A stretch of DNA of 64,000 bases from Actinomycetes bacterium (GCA_021797795.1 JAJZZB010000001.1:10775-74774); one strand, 5' to 3'; counted from the first letter of the stretch, positions 44,105-54,694 are shown. Notes: a model not told the origin generated them from the letters alone. Program-made: numbers and translations.

Positions 44105-44851
44105 ATGGCTCGCGTAGACGCCCCGGCGCGGCAGGTCCGGCGCCGGCGACCGGGGCAGGAGCACTACCACCGTGACATCCAGGGAGGGGGAGCCAGAGCC
44201 GCCGTCTTCGGCGTGAGCGACGGCCTGGTCTCCAACGTCTCGCTCATCCTCGGGCTCTCCGGCGCACACCCGGCAGGCTCGGTCATCCGCCTCGCGGGGC
44301 TGGCGGGCCTGCTCGGCGGTGCCTTCTCGATGGCGGCCGGCGAGTACATCTCCATGCGCGCCCAGAAGGAGCTCTTCGAGCGGGAGATCGAGGTGGAGCG
44401 CCGCGAGATCGAGCGGCACCCGACGGCGGAGCTGCGCGAGCTCGTCCACCTCTACGAGCAGCGTGGGATCCCGAGCGACCTCGCCGAGCAGCTGGCGAAG
44501 GAGGTGATGTCCAACCCGGTCATCGCGCTCGAGACCCACGCCCGCGAGGAGCTGGGCGTCAACCCGGACTCCCTCGGCCAGCCGATCCAGGCGGCGGCCT
44601 CCTCCTTCGTCACCTTCTCGATCGGCGCCGTCGTGCCCCTCGTCCCTTTCCTCGTCGGGGGCGGGACCGGCGCCGTCCTCGCCGCCATCCTGGCGGCAGG
44701 CATCGCCGCCCTCGTCGTGGGCGGCCTGCTGTCGTTCTTCACCGGCAGGTCCTGGTGGTGGTCGTCGATCCGCCAGCTGCTCATCTGCGTCGTCGCCGGG
44801 GCGGTGACCTACGCCCTCGGCAGTGCCATCGGCGTCTCCGGCGCCGGCTGA
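44105..44851 (+). CDS. VIT1/CCC1 family iron/manganese transporter
   Basis: AAVFGVSDGLVSNVSLILG, a cytosolic acidic helix region (EREIEVERREIE), and C-terminal TM helices. Confidence 0.8.
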   Translation: MARVDAPARQVRRRRPGQEHYHRDIQGGGARAAVFGVSDGLVSNVSLILGLSGAHPAGSVIRLAGLAGLLGGAFSMAAGEYISMRAQKELFEREIEVERREIERHPTAELRELVHLYEQRGIPSDLAEQLAKEVMSNPVIALETHAREELGVNPDSLGQPIQAAASSFVTFSIGAVVPLVPFLVGGGTGAVLAAILAAGIAALVVGGLLSFFTGRSWWWSSIRQLLICVVAGAVTYALGSAIGVSGAG

Positions 44852-44858
44852 GGCGACG

Positions 44859-45350
44859 GTGCGCCTCTACCTGGTGCGCCACGGGAAGGCGGGCGACCGC
44901 TACGAGTTCCCGGGAGACGACCTCGAGCGCCCGCTGACAGGGGCCGGCCGCCGCCAGGCCCGGGCGATCGCTCTCCAGCTCTCAGCCTGCGACCCGGTGC
45001 CGGCGGTCCTGCTCACGAGCCCGGCGGCACGCTGCCGCGAGACCCTCGAACCCCTCTCGACCCGCCTCGGGGTCGCCATCGAGACCCACCGCTTCCTCGA
45101 GGAGGGCGCCGATGTGGCCGTCGCCATCGAGCGCCTCGCCGCCCGTAGCGAGCAGGCCGTGGCGGCCTGCTCCCACGGCGACGTCATCTGGGGGGTGCTC
45201 GAGTGGCTCGCCCGCGCCGGCGTCGACCTCGGGGAGCGTCCCGATGTCCAGAAGGCGGCGACCTGGGCGATCGACCTCGCCGGCCCCGACATCCCTCTCC
45301 GTGCCGAGTACCTGCCGCCCCCGGACCGCCCCGTCCGGGCGTCGGACTAG
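44859..45350 (+). CDS. histidine phosphatase family protein (SixA-like)
   Basis: LYLVRHGKAG (RHG catalytic motif). GTG 44859 lies after a GAGG RBS. Confidence 0.7.
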   Translation: MRLYLVRHGKAGDRYEFPGDDLERPLTGAGRRQARAIALQLSACDPVPAVLLTSPAARCRETLEPLSTRLGVAIETHRFLEEGADVAVAIERLAARSEQAVAACSHGDVIWGVLEWLARAGVDLGERPDVQKAATWAIDLAGPDIPLRAEYLPPPDRPVRASD

Positions 45351-45359
45351 GCCGCACCG

Positions 45360-46058
45360 GTGAGCGTCCAGCCGAGGCCCGGCTCCACGACCGGTCCGCT
45401 CGCCCTCGTCGGGGGCGCCGAGTGGCGCGAGGGCGCCGACTTCGACGCCGAGCTGCTCGAGCGCTCCGGATCGGACGAGGTAGTCGTCCTGCCGACGGCG
45501 GCGGCCTACGAACGGCCCGAGCGCGCGGTCGAGTGGGCGACACGCTGGTTCGCCTCCCTCGGAGGCCGGGTGCGCCCGCTCATGGTCCTCCGACACGAGG
45601 ACGCCCTCGGCGCCGAGGTGGCCAAGGTCGTCTCCGAGGCCCGCTTCCTCTACCTCGGCGGAGGGTCGCCCCTGCACCTGCGCTCGGTGCTCAAGGCGTC
45701 CCCGCTCTTCGACGCCCTGGCGGCCGCCTGGCACGGCGGCGCCGTGGTCGCCGGCTCCTCAGCCGGGGCGATGGTGCTGTGCGACCCGATGGTGGACCCC
45801 CGGGGCGGCGCCTTCACCGTCGGGCTCGGCCTCGTCGAGCAGATGGCGGTCGTTCCCCACCACGAGCCCGGCGGAGGCCGCCTGCTCTGGCGGACGCTCG
45901 AGCTCGCACCGCCCGGCATCGCCGTCGCCGGCATCCCCGAGCGCACGGCACTCCTGCGGGAGCCGGGGGGCACCTGGCGAGCCTCCGGAGCGCGCGCGGA
46001 AGCGGTCTCGGTGTACCTCGACGGCGAGCTCGCCGGCCTCGAGGCCCTCCCCGGCTGA
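45360..46058 (+). CDS. peptidase S51/cyanophycinase-like (class I glutamine amidotransferase-like fold)
   Basis: YLGGGSP...AGSSAGAMVL is a nucleophile-elbow-like motif. Confidence 0.6.
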   Translation: MSVQPRPGSTTGPLALVGGAEWREGADFDAELLERSGSDEVVVLPTAAAYERPERAVEWATRWFASLGGRVRPLMVLRHEDALGAEVAKVVSEARFLYLGGGSPLHLRSVLKASPLFDALAAAWHGGAVVAGSSAGAMVLCDPMVDPRGGAFTVGLGLVEQMAVVPHHEPGGGRLLWRTLELAPPGIAVAGIPERTALLREPGGTWRASGARAEAVSVYLDGELAGLEALPG

Positions 46059-46075
46059 CCTCTCGGAGAGGAGGC

Positions 46076-46630
46076 TCAGTCGGCCTCTGAGATCGTCACC
46101 GACTCGATCACGACGCGCTCGTCCGGCCGGCCGGACGACGAGCCGACGGCGTCGATCGCCGCCAGGACGTCACGGCCGGAGACGAGCTGGCCGAACAGCG
46201 AGTACTGCGGCGGGAGCCGGACGCCGTCTGGGCCGGAGATGACGAAGAACTGGCTGCCGTTGGTGTTCGGGCCGGCGTTCGCCATGGCGAGCGAGCCGAT
46301 CTCGTAGCGGCCGGGCTTCGGGAGCTCGTCCTCGAAGCGGTAGCCGGGCCCGCCGGCACCGGTCCCCTCGGGGTCGCCACCCTGGATGACGAAACCCGGG
46401 ATGACGCGGTGGAAGGAGATCCCCTCGAAGTAGTGGTACCTCGCCAGGAAGACGAAGTTGTTGACCGTCCGGGGCGCAAGGAGCGCGTCGAGCGAGAAGG
46501 CCATCGTCCCCTTCGAGGTGGCCATCTCTGCTCCGTAGCGCTTGGTCAGGTCGATGCACATCGGAGGCGGCTGGCTGAAGTGCTGTCGCTTCTCCGATGA
46601 GCCGTCCTCTGCCGGGCAGTCGATCGTCAT
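46076..46630 (-). CDS. peptidyl-prolyl cis-trans isomerase (cyclophilin type)
   Basis: VNNFVFLARYHYFEGISFHRVIPGFVIQGGDP, GSLAMANAGPNTNGSQFF. Confidence 0.85.
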   Translation of the reverse strand: MTIDCPAEDGSSEKRQHFSQPPPMCIDLTKRYGAEMATSKGTMAFSLDALLAPRTVNNFVFLARYHYFEGISFHRVIPGFVIQGGDPEGTGAGGPGYRFEDELPKPGRYEIGSLAMANAGPNTNGSQFFVISGPDGVRLPPQYSLFGQLVSGRDVLAAIDAVGSSSGRPDERVVIESVTISEAD

Positions 46631-46642
46631 GGGCAGCTCCTC

Positions 46643-47500
46643 TCAGCTCTTCACTTGCTTCACGGTCACCTTCAACAGGTAGACCCGGACGGTGGGGGTT
46701 CCGGTGTTGTTGCCCGCCGGGGCACCATAGGAATTGATCTTGTCGACCACCGACATCCCGCTCGTCACCTGCCCGAACACCGTGTAGACCGGGTTCGAGT
46801 TGATGCCGAGGCCGCCGTTGCCGACGACCACGAAGAACTGGCTGCCGTTCGTGCTCGGGGTGCCGGTGTTCGCCATCGCCACCGAACCGGCCGGGTAGCA
46901 GTCCTTGTTTGCGATGCAGGACTTCGGCGGTGTGTTCCCGGTGAACGAGTAGCCGGGGAAGTGGAGAGGACCGCCGGTGCCCGTCCCGGCCGGGTCGCCG
47001 CCCTGGTCCATGAAGCCCTTGATCACCCGGTGGAAGAAGGTGCCGTTGTAGTAGTTCCAGCGGGCGAGGAAGACGAAGTTGTTCACGGCGGCGTACGACT
47101 TGGCGGCGTCCATGCTGACGACGAAGGAGCCGGCCGACGTCTCGAAGGTGGCGTCCCAGACCGAGGTCGGGGCGATGCAGTGCGGCGGAGCGGCCTTGAA
47201 CAGCACGACCCGCTTCGCCTCCGCCGCCGTCGGGCAGGTCGGCGCCGCGGCCGTCGTCGTGAGCGGCTGGGTGCTCGGCACCGGGAACGTGCTGGTCGTG
47301 GTCGTCGAGGCGGCGGCCACGTGGTGCTTCTTCGCCGGCGTGCCGGAGCTCAGCGCGATGACGATGCCGACGATGGCGGCCGCGATGACGAGCATGCTGG
47401 CGCCGCGGCGGATCGATCGGCGGCGCTTCAGGCGCCGCTGCTGCTCAGCCTGCTTCTGGTATCGGGCCGCGCGCTGGCGAGCTCGTTTCTCGGTGGGCAC
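46643..47500 (-). CDS. membrane-anchored cyclophilin-type peptidyl-prolyl isomerase
   Basis: GTG 47500. A basic N-terminus is followed by TM helix MLVIAAAIVGIVIAL, a Thr/Ala linker, and the cyclophilin core (NNFVFLARWNYYNGTFFHRVIKGFMDQGGDP). Confidence 0.8.
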   Translation of the reverse strand: MPTEKRARQRAARYQKQAEQQRRLKRRRSIRRGASMLVIAAAIVGIVIALSSGTPAKKHHVAAASTTTTSTFPVPSTQPLTTTAAAPTCPTAAEAKRVVLFKAAPPHCIAPTSVWDATFETSAGSFVVSMDAAKSYAAVNNFVFLARWNYYNGTFFHRVIKGFMDQGGDPAGTGTGGPLHFPGYSFTGNTPPKSCIANKDCYPAGSVAMANTGTPSTNGSQFFVVVGNGGLGINSNPVYTVFGQVTSGMSVVDKINSYGAPAGNNTGTPTVRVYLLKVTVKQVKS

Positions 47501-47590
47501 GGCGCCCCACCCTACCTGAGCCACCTGGGCCCGAGAAAGCCGAGGCGCTCCAGCCCGAGACCTGCGGCCCCGCCAGGTAGCTTGGCCGCC

Positions 47591-48808
47591 GTGACTCTCG
47601 TCGTCCAGAAATTCGGGGGGACCTCGGTCGCGGACGCCGACCGCATGCAGGCGGTCGCCGAGCACGTGGCGCGGACGAGGCGTTCGGGGGACGACGTCGT
47701 CGTCGTGGTGAGCGCCATGGGCAGGACCACCGACGACCTGCTCCACCTCGCCGAGCAGGTCTCCGGCGTCCATCCCGCCCGGGAGATGGACATGCTGCTC
47801 ACCGCCGGCGAGCGGATGTCGATGGCGCTGCTGTGCATGGCGCTCGCCGAGCGGGGGGTACCGGCCGCGTCCTTCACCGGCAGCCAGGCCGGCATCATCA
47901 CCGACACCCTCCACCGCAAGGCGAGGATCCTCGAGGTGAAGGGCGACCGGCTGCGCGCCGCACTCGCCGAGGGGGTCGTCCCGGTGGTGGCCGGCTTCCA
48001 GGGCGTCTCCTCCACCCGGGACATCACCACGCTCGGCAGAGGGGGCTCCGACGTCACCGCCGTGGCGCTGGCGGCCGCCCTCGGCGCCGCCCGGTGCGAG
48101 ATCTACACCGACGTCTCGGGTGTCTTCTCGGCCGACCCACGCGTCGTGCCGACCGCCCGCAAGCTGCCCCGGGTCTCCTTCGAGGAGATGCTCGAGATCG
48201 CCGCCACCGGCGGGCGGGTGCTCATGCTGAGATCGGTCGAATTCGCCCGCAACCACCACGTGCCGCTGCTCGTCCGCTCGAGCTTCACCTGGGAGCCGGG
48301 CACCATCGTCATCGAGGAGGACCCGTCCATGGAGCAGCCCGTCGTCTCCGCCGTCACCCACGACACCTCTCAGGCCAAGATCACCCTTTCGGGCGTGGCC
48401 GACCGGCCGGGCATCGCGGCCACGCTGTTCCGGCGCCTGGCGGAGCGGTCGGTCAACGTCGACATGATCGTCCAGAACATCTCGCACGACGGGATGACCG
48501 ACATCTCCTTCACGGCCCCGCGGGAGGACCTCGCCGCCAGCCGGGAGGTGGCCGAGTCCATGCTCGGCCCCCTCGAAGCGGCCGAGGTGATCACCGACGA
48601 GGACGTGGCGACGGTCTCCCTCGTCGGAGCCGGGATGAAGACCCATCCCGGCGTCACCGCCACGATGTTCGAGACGCTCGCCGCCGAGGGCATCAACATC
48701 GAGATGATCTCGACCTCGCCGATCCGCATCTCCTGCATGGTGAGAAGCGACCTGGCCGAGAAGGCGGTGCAGGCCCTGCACCGGGCCTTCGAGCTCGACG
48801 CCGCCTGA
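47591..48808 (+). CDS. ask: aspartate kinase
   Basis: VVQKFGGTSVADADR, VVVVSAMGRTTDDLL, and C-terminal ACT domains. GTG 47591. Confidence 0.9.
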   Translation: MTLVVQKFGGTSVADADRMQAVAEHVARTRRSGDDVVVVVSAMGRTTDDLLHLAEQVSGVHPAREMDMLLTAGERMSMALLCMALAERGVPAASFTGSQAGIITDTLHRKARILEVKGDRLRAALAEGVVPVVAGFQGVSSTRDITTLGRGGSDVTAVALAAALGAARCEIYTDVSGVFSADPRVVPTARKLPRVSFEEMLEIAATGGRVLMLRSVEFARNHHVPLLVRSSFTWEPGTIVIEEDPSMEQPVVSAVTHDTSQAKITLSGVADRPGIAATLFRRLAERSVNVDMIVQNISHDGMTDISFTAPREDLAASREVAESMLGPLEAAEVITDEDVATVSLVGAGMKTHPGVTATMFETLAAEGINIEMISTSPIRISCMVRSDLAEKAVQALHRAFELDAA

Positions 48809-48831
48809 GAGCGGCGCAGCGGCGCCCGTAG

Positions 48832-49878
<1,047 letters not shown>

Positions 49879-49922
49879 CCGCCCGCGGGGTCGCTCGGGA
49901 TCGGGCAATAGCCTCCCCACCG

Positions 49923-50765
49923 ATGGAGCTCGGTCGATTCGGCATCTGGTGGAGCGGTACCTGGCAGGCCGGCGCGACGCCCGGCGACCAGGTGGCGGCG
50001 GAGATGGAACAGCTCGGCTACGGCACATTGTGGGCCTCGGCCGGCTTCGAGCGCGGCATCCCGCGGCGTTTCGGCGACCTCCTCGAGTGGACCGAGCGGG
50101 CCGTCGTCGCCACCGGCATCCTCTCGGTGTGGCCGAACGACCCGGCCGAGGTCGCCGCCGAGGCCGCCTCGCTCGGGCCCCGTTTCCTGCTCGGCCTGGG
50201 GGCGAGCCACGCCCCGATCGTCGAGCGCTCCGGGGAGCAGTACCGGCGTCCCCGCCACAAGGTGGCGGAGTTCCTCGACGGCCTCGACGCAGCGGGAACC
50301 TCGCCTCCGAGGATCCTGGCCGCCCTCGGGGACCGGATGCTCCGGCTCGCAGGCGAGCGGTCGCTCGGAGCGCACCCCTACTTCGTCCCGCTCGAGCACA
50401 CGGCGCATGCCCGCCAGGTTCTCGGCGAGGGACCGCTCCTCACCCCCGAGCTCGCCGTCGTGCTCTCGGACGTGGCAGCCGACGCCCGGGCGCTCGCCCG
50501 CGGCTACACCACCGGCTATCTCCGCCTCTCGAACTACGCCGGCAACCTCCTCGCGCTCGGGTGGTCGCCGGACGACCTGCAGGCCGGAGGGAGCGACCGG
50601 CTCGTCGATGCCGTCGTCGCCTGGGGGACGGCCGAGCGGGTGGCCGAGCGCATACGGGAGCACCTCGAGGCGGGTGCGGATCACGTCTGCATCCAGGTTG
50701 TGCACGGGACGCGGGACGCGTTCCCGCTCGCCGAGTACAGGGAGCTGGCCGCAGCCCTCGTGTGA
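49923..50765 (+). CDS. LLM-class F420-dependent oxidoreductase-like protein
   Basis: MELGRFGIWW N-terminus and the LLM pattern. 280 aa. Confidence 0.7.
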   Translation: MELGRFGIWWSGTWQAGATPGDQVAAEMEQLGYGTLWASAGFERGIPRRFGDLLEWTERAVVATGILSVWPNDPAEVAAEAASLGPRFLLGLGASHAPIVERSGEQYRRPRHKVAEFLDGLDAAGTSPPRILAALGDRMLRLAGERSLGAHPYFVPLEHTAHARQVLGEGPLLTPELAVVLSDVAADARALARGYTTGYLRLSNYAGNLLALGWSPDDLQAGGSDRLVDAVVAWGTAERVAERIREHLEAGADHVCIQVVHGTRDAFPLAEYRELAAALV

Positions 50766-51198
50766 CACCGGGTCTCGAGGCGCACCTTCTCTCTTGCGCA
50801 GCCGGGACGCACGACGAGGAGGCCGAGCCTGCAGCCCTCCGGCCTGCGAGGGAGGTCGCAGTGCTCGACGAGCCAACGGTTCGGTCGCGCCCGCGCCAGG
50901 GGGTGATCGCCAAGATCGCCCGGGCGGGCAGCTCGTAGCGGGCACGGCGTCCCGCCCACCGCCGGCGCCGACTGTCGAACGAGCGCCGCCGACCCGGCCG
51001 GCGCGGTCGTGAGCTGGCCTGCAGATTCCGCGGCCCGGCCGACTTCGGGCGGGCCCCTGCGGGGCCTTCCGGCTCGCCGACCACGGCGTCCGGTCAACTC
51101 CGACGTCATCGCGGGCAGCTCCACGAGATGGGCCCGGCGACGCCACGCTGCGCCGCAGGGGTGCTACCCCGACGCAGGCGGACAGTCCCGGCGGCCCG

Positions 51199-51582
51199 TC
51201 ATTCGCGGGGCGGCTTCCCGGGGCGCCTGCTCTGCGCCCGTCGCTTCATCTCGTCGCGCAGCTCGTGCATCTCCTGGCGGTGGCGGTCCCGGATCGCCCG
51301 CGCCTCCCTCCTCACCTGCCGCTTGATCTCCGCCACGTCCTCGTGGAAGCGCTCCCACGCCGCCTGGCGGCTGACGCCGACGGAGCTGCCGATGGCCTCC
51401 CACGTGGCGCCGGCGGCGGCGGCCTCTCTGGCGAGCTTCGCCTCCCAGGTGGACAGCAGCCCGACGAGGGCCCGGGTCGCACCGAGCGCCGCCAGCGGGT
51501 CCGGATCCGATGTGGCGCTCTCCCAGGCGACCTGCATGAGCGGCGGGACCGGCCGGGGCGCACGGTCGTCTGAGTCAGCCAC
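51199..51582 (-). CDS. small helix-turn-helix protein (putative regulator of the adjacent exporter)
   Basis: GATWEAIGSSVGVSRQAAWERF is an HTH, followed by a basic coiled C-terminus. GTG 51582 sits 6 nt after a possible -10 (leaderless candidate). An alternative ATG lies at 51537. Confidence 0.55.
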   Translation of the reverse strand: MADSDDRAPRPVPPLMQVAWESATSDPDPLAALGATRALVGLLSTWEAKLAREAAAAGATWEAIGSSVGVSRQAAWERFHEDVAEIKRQVRREARAIRDRHRQEMHELRDEMKRRAQSRRPGKPPRE

Positions 51583-51584
51583 TC

Positions 51585-51601
51585 GTCAAGATTGCCTTGA
51601 C
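51585..51601. promoter_or_regulatory. operator-like palindrome GTCAAG-ATTGC-CTTGAC (copy 1); overlaps -35 TTGACA 51597-51602
   Basis: Read directly from the sequence. Confidence 0.5.
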
Positions 51602-51612
51602 AGCTGCGTCTT

Positions 51613-51629
51613 GTCAAGATATTCTTGAC
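51613..51629. promoter_or_regulatory. operator-like palindrome GTCAAG-ATATT-CTTGAC (copy 2); overlaps -10 TATTCT 51620-51625
   Basis: Read directly from the sequence. The two palindrome centres are 28 bp apart. Confidence 0.5.
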
Positions 51630-51745
51630 GAGCGCCCGGGTGTGCGGCCCCGAACGCCTCCGCCGGGCACCCGGTGGACCCGGCACCCGCCGGCGCTCGG
51701 GGTGCAGGATCTCGCCCGGCTGTCCCGACGGCAAAGGAGCCCAGG

Positions 51746-52768
51746 ATGACGTCGCCACGAACCGACTGGTCCGGCCCGGCCATCTTCGTCGAAGACGTCC
51801 ACAAGTCCTTCGGCGAGGTGCGCGCCCTCGCCGGGATCGACCTCGTGGTGGAGCGGGGCGAGGTGCTCGGGCTGCTCGGCCCGAACGGGGCCGGCAAGAC
51901 CACGGCCGTCAAGATCCTCACCACGCTGCTCGCACCCGACACCGGCCGGGCGCTCGTCGAAGGCCGCGACGTGGTGCGCTCGCCCGAGGCGGTGCGCGAG
52001 ATCATCGGCCTCGCAGGGCAGTCCGCCGCCATCCAGGAGGAGCTCACCGGCCGGGAGAACCTGGAGATCATGGGTCGGCTGTACCACCTCGACGCCGCGA
52101 CCCGCGCTCGGCGGGCGGTCGAGCTGCTCGAGCGCTTCGACCTCATCGAGGCGGCCGACCGGCCCACCAAGGGCTACTCGGGCGGGATGCAGCGCCGCCT
52201 CGACCTCGCGCTCAGCCTCGTGGCGACGCCCCAGGTGCTCTTCCTCGACGAGCCGACGACCGGCCTCGACCCCCGCAGCCGCATCGGGATGTGGGACGTC
52301 ATCCGCGAGCTCGTCTCGGCCGGGACGACGCTCCTGCTCACCACCCAGTACCTCGAGGAGGCCGACGAGCTCGCCGACGAGATCGTCGTCATCGACCGCG
52401 GCAAGGTGATCGCGGCCGGCACGGCCCATGAGCTGAAGAACCGGGTGGGCGGGGACATCCTCCAATTCAGCGTGGTCGAGCGGGGCCGCCTGGGAGAGGC
52501 TGCCGAGGCGGTCGGCGTCCTCTCGGACGCCGAGGCGGTCCTCGACGCCGAGTCGGGCAGCCTCGCCCTGGCGGTCGGGGGAGACGGCTCACATGCCCTC
52601 GTCGAGACCGTCCGGCGGCTCGACGCGCTCGGGATCCACACCGAAGGGCTCGGCATCCGGCGCCCCTCGCTCGACGACGTCTTCCTCTCCCTCACCGGGC
52701 ACGCCGCCGAGGACGAGGAATCGGCCGCGACCTCGCCCCGTCGACAGCGCGCCAATCGCAGGCACTGA
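51746..52768 (+). CDS. ABC transporter ATP-binding protein (DrrA/daunorubicin-resistance type)
   Basis: ATG 51746 after AAAGGAG. GPNGAGKTT, YSGGMQRRLDLA, LFLDEPTTGLD. Confidence 0.85.
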   Translation: MTSPRTDWSGPAIFVEDVHKSFGEVRALAGIDLVVERGEVLGLLGPNGAGKTTAVKILTTLLAPDTGRALVEGRDVVRSPEAVREIIGLAGQSAAIQEELTGRENLEIMGRLYHLDAATRARRAVELLERFDLIEAADRPTKGYSGGMQRRLDLALSLVATPQVLFLDEPTTGLDPRSRIGMWDVIRELVSAGTTLLLTTQYLEEADELADEIVVIDRGKVIAAGTAHELKNRVGGDILQFSVVERGRLGEAAEAVGVLSDAEAVLDAESGSLALAVGGDGSHALVETVRRLDALGIHTEGLGIRRPSLDDVFLSLTGHAAEDEESAATSPRRQRANRRH

Positions 52769-52779
52769 TCGGAGACCCC

Positions 52780-53607
52780 ATGACCACGACCACGCTGCCG
52801 CCGCTCGCCGCCCTCGACATCCCGCCGCCGCCGATGAGCCGGCGCGTCCGCCTCGGGCTGTCCGACGTCGTGACGCTGACGCGCCGCGAGCTCAGGATCT
52901 GGTTCCGCAACCCGGCCTACCTCTTCTTCACGATCATCCAGCCGATGATGTTCGTGCTGTTGTTCCGCTACGTCTTCGGCGGTGCCATCCCGGTCAACGT
53001 CCCCGGCGGCTACGTCGACTTCCTCATGCCGGGGATCATCGCCCAGTCGGCGGCCTTCGCCTCCTTCGGCACGGCCATCGCTCTCGCCCGCGGCCTGCAA
53101 AAGGGGGTGATCGACCGGTTCCGGGCCATGCCGATGGCCCGCTCGGCGGTGCTCCTCGGGCGCCTCGTCGCCGACACCCTGCGCCTCGTCGTCACGCTGC
53201 TCGTCATCCTCGCGGTGGGCTACGCCGTCGGCTTCCGGTTCCACAACGGCATCGGCCCGGCCGTGCTCATGGTGCTCCTCGGCATCGCCTTCGGGGTGAC
53301 CATCTGCACGGTGAGCGCCTTCGTCGGCCTGGCGATCAAAGACGAGGAGTCGGTCGGCTCCTTCGGCCTCGTCTGGCTGTTCCCGCTCACCTTCGTGAGC
53401 GCAGCGTTCGTGCCGGTCTCCTCCATGCCCGGATGGCTCCAGGCGTTCGCAAAGAACCAGCCGGTGACGATCGTCATCGACGAGATGCGCAGCCTCGCAC
53501 TCGGTGGACCCCTCGCTCTGCACGCCTGGCAGAGCGCGCTCTGGCTCGCCGCCATCGTGGCGGTCTTCGTGCCACTCGCCGTCCGGGCCTACCGGCGGGC
53601 CACCTGA
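52780..53607 (+). CDS. ABC-2 type transporter permease
   Basis: Six predicted hydrophobic segments. The position and size are typical of a DrrB-like partner. Confidence 0.8.
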   Translation: MTTTTLPPLAALDIPPPPMSRRVRLGLSDVVTLTRRELRIWFRNPAYLFFTIIQPMMFVLLFRYVFGGAIPVNVPGGYVDFLMPGIIAQSAAFASFGTAIALARGLQKGVIDRFRAMPMARSAVLLGRLVADTLRLVVTLLVILAVGYAVGFRFHNGIGPAVLMVLLGIAFGVTICTVSAFVGLAIKDEESVGSFGLVWLFPLTFVSAAFVPVSSMPGWLQAFAKNQPVTIVIDEMRSLALGGPLALHAWQSALWLAAIVAVFVPLAVRAYRRAT

Positions 53608-53689
53608 CGGGCTGCCGGCGGCCGCGAGGGACCTCCCGGTCAGCGCTCCCCGCGACGGGAGAAGCGAGGGCTGCCGGCAGCAGATGACC

Positions 53690-54691
53690 TCATAGCAGGT
53701 GGTAGCCGGGAACGCGCTCGTGTGCCGAGTCGAGGTAGACCTTGGCCTCGGGCGGCTGGCGGAAGCGGCCGTGGCTCCAGCGGATCTCGACGTGGCCCTG
53801 GACGACCTGCTCGCCGTCGCCGCGGCGCCGCTCGCAGAGCGCGCTCCAGGCGATCCTCGGCTGGCCGCCCTGTTCGGCCTCGACCTCGAGGCGCCGGAGC
53901 CGGAACGACCGCCGCCAGTCCCACGGCGTGTCGATCCTCAGGCGGACCGGTCCCGCTGCACCCGAACCGAGGACGAAGTAGGGCACTGAGCCGATCCGGA
54001 GCAGCCGCCACAGCACGATCTCGGCGCTCGAGTGCGCGATGTTCCGCCGCCAGGCGTCGGCCGTGCGCTCGGCGACGGCACGGCACAGGCGGCCGTAGGC
54101 CCGCTCGGCACCGCTCGGCCAGCCGGCCGTGAGTCTCGCCGAGAGCTGGCGGCGCTGTGCCGGGTTGAGGCTCATGGCGAACATCGGCAGACCCGCCCCG
54201 CCGCTCGAGTCGAGGCAGGCCTCGTACAGCTCCTGGTACTCCTCCGGCGCGATCCGGGCGTACCAGTCCCTGGCGTCGCCCACCGGGGCGTTCGACAGCA
54301 GCCCCTCGACGAGGCGCGCCGGACTCGGGTTGTGCAGGATGCGCGACTGGTACTTGCAGCTGACGAGATAGACGTGGTCGATCCGGAGATCGGCCGGCAC
54401 GACCTCGTCACCGGGCGGCCGCCGTCCGCCGGTCCACTCCACCCGCCGGGGTCTACGACCCGCCAGGGCGTCGTCGGCCAGGAGGAAGGCCCGTCCGTTC
54501 GCCCAGCCCTGGCGGAACTCCTCGGAGTGTGCGCCGTCGAGGAAGAGCCGCACCAGGCGGGTCCACTCCTCGGGGGCGAGGTCGGAGAAGGCCGGTGGCG
54601 GGACGAGAGCGCCCATCAGCTGCTCGAGTGGCGCTCCGGTGGCGCCGAGCGCCGTCGAGAGCTCGGTGACGAAGGTCCGGTCGGAGGGCAC
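53690..54691 (-). CDS. hypothetical protein; candidate restriction endonuclease partner of the upstream methyltransferase
   Basis: 333-aa ORF whose GTG start lies 3 nt after the MTase stop. Codon third positions are GC-rich. A possible PD...SxK-type motif is PADLRIDHVYLVSCKY. No domain was recognised with certainty. Confidence 0.6.
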   Translation of the reverse strand: MPSDRTFVTELSTALGATGAPLEQLMGALVPPPAFSDLAPEEWTRLVRLFLDGAHSEEFRQGWANGRAFLLADDALAGRRPRRVEWTGGRRPPGDEVVPADLRIDHVYLVSCKYQSRILHNPSPARLVEGLLSNAPVGDARDWYARIAPEEYQELYEACLDSSGGAGLPMFAMSLNPAQRRQLSARLTAGWPSGAERAYGRLCRAVAERTADAWRRNIAHSSAEIVLWRLLRIGSVPYFVLGSGAAGPVRLRIDTPWDWRRSFRLRRLEVEAEQGGQPRIAWSALCERRRGDGEQVVQGHVEIRWSHGRFRQPPEAKVYLDSAHERVPGYHLL

Positions 54692-54694
54692 GCC

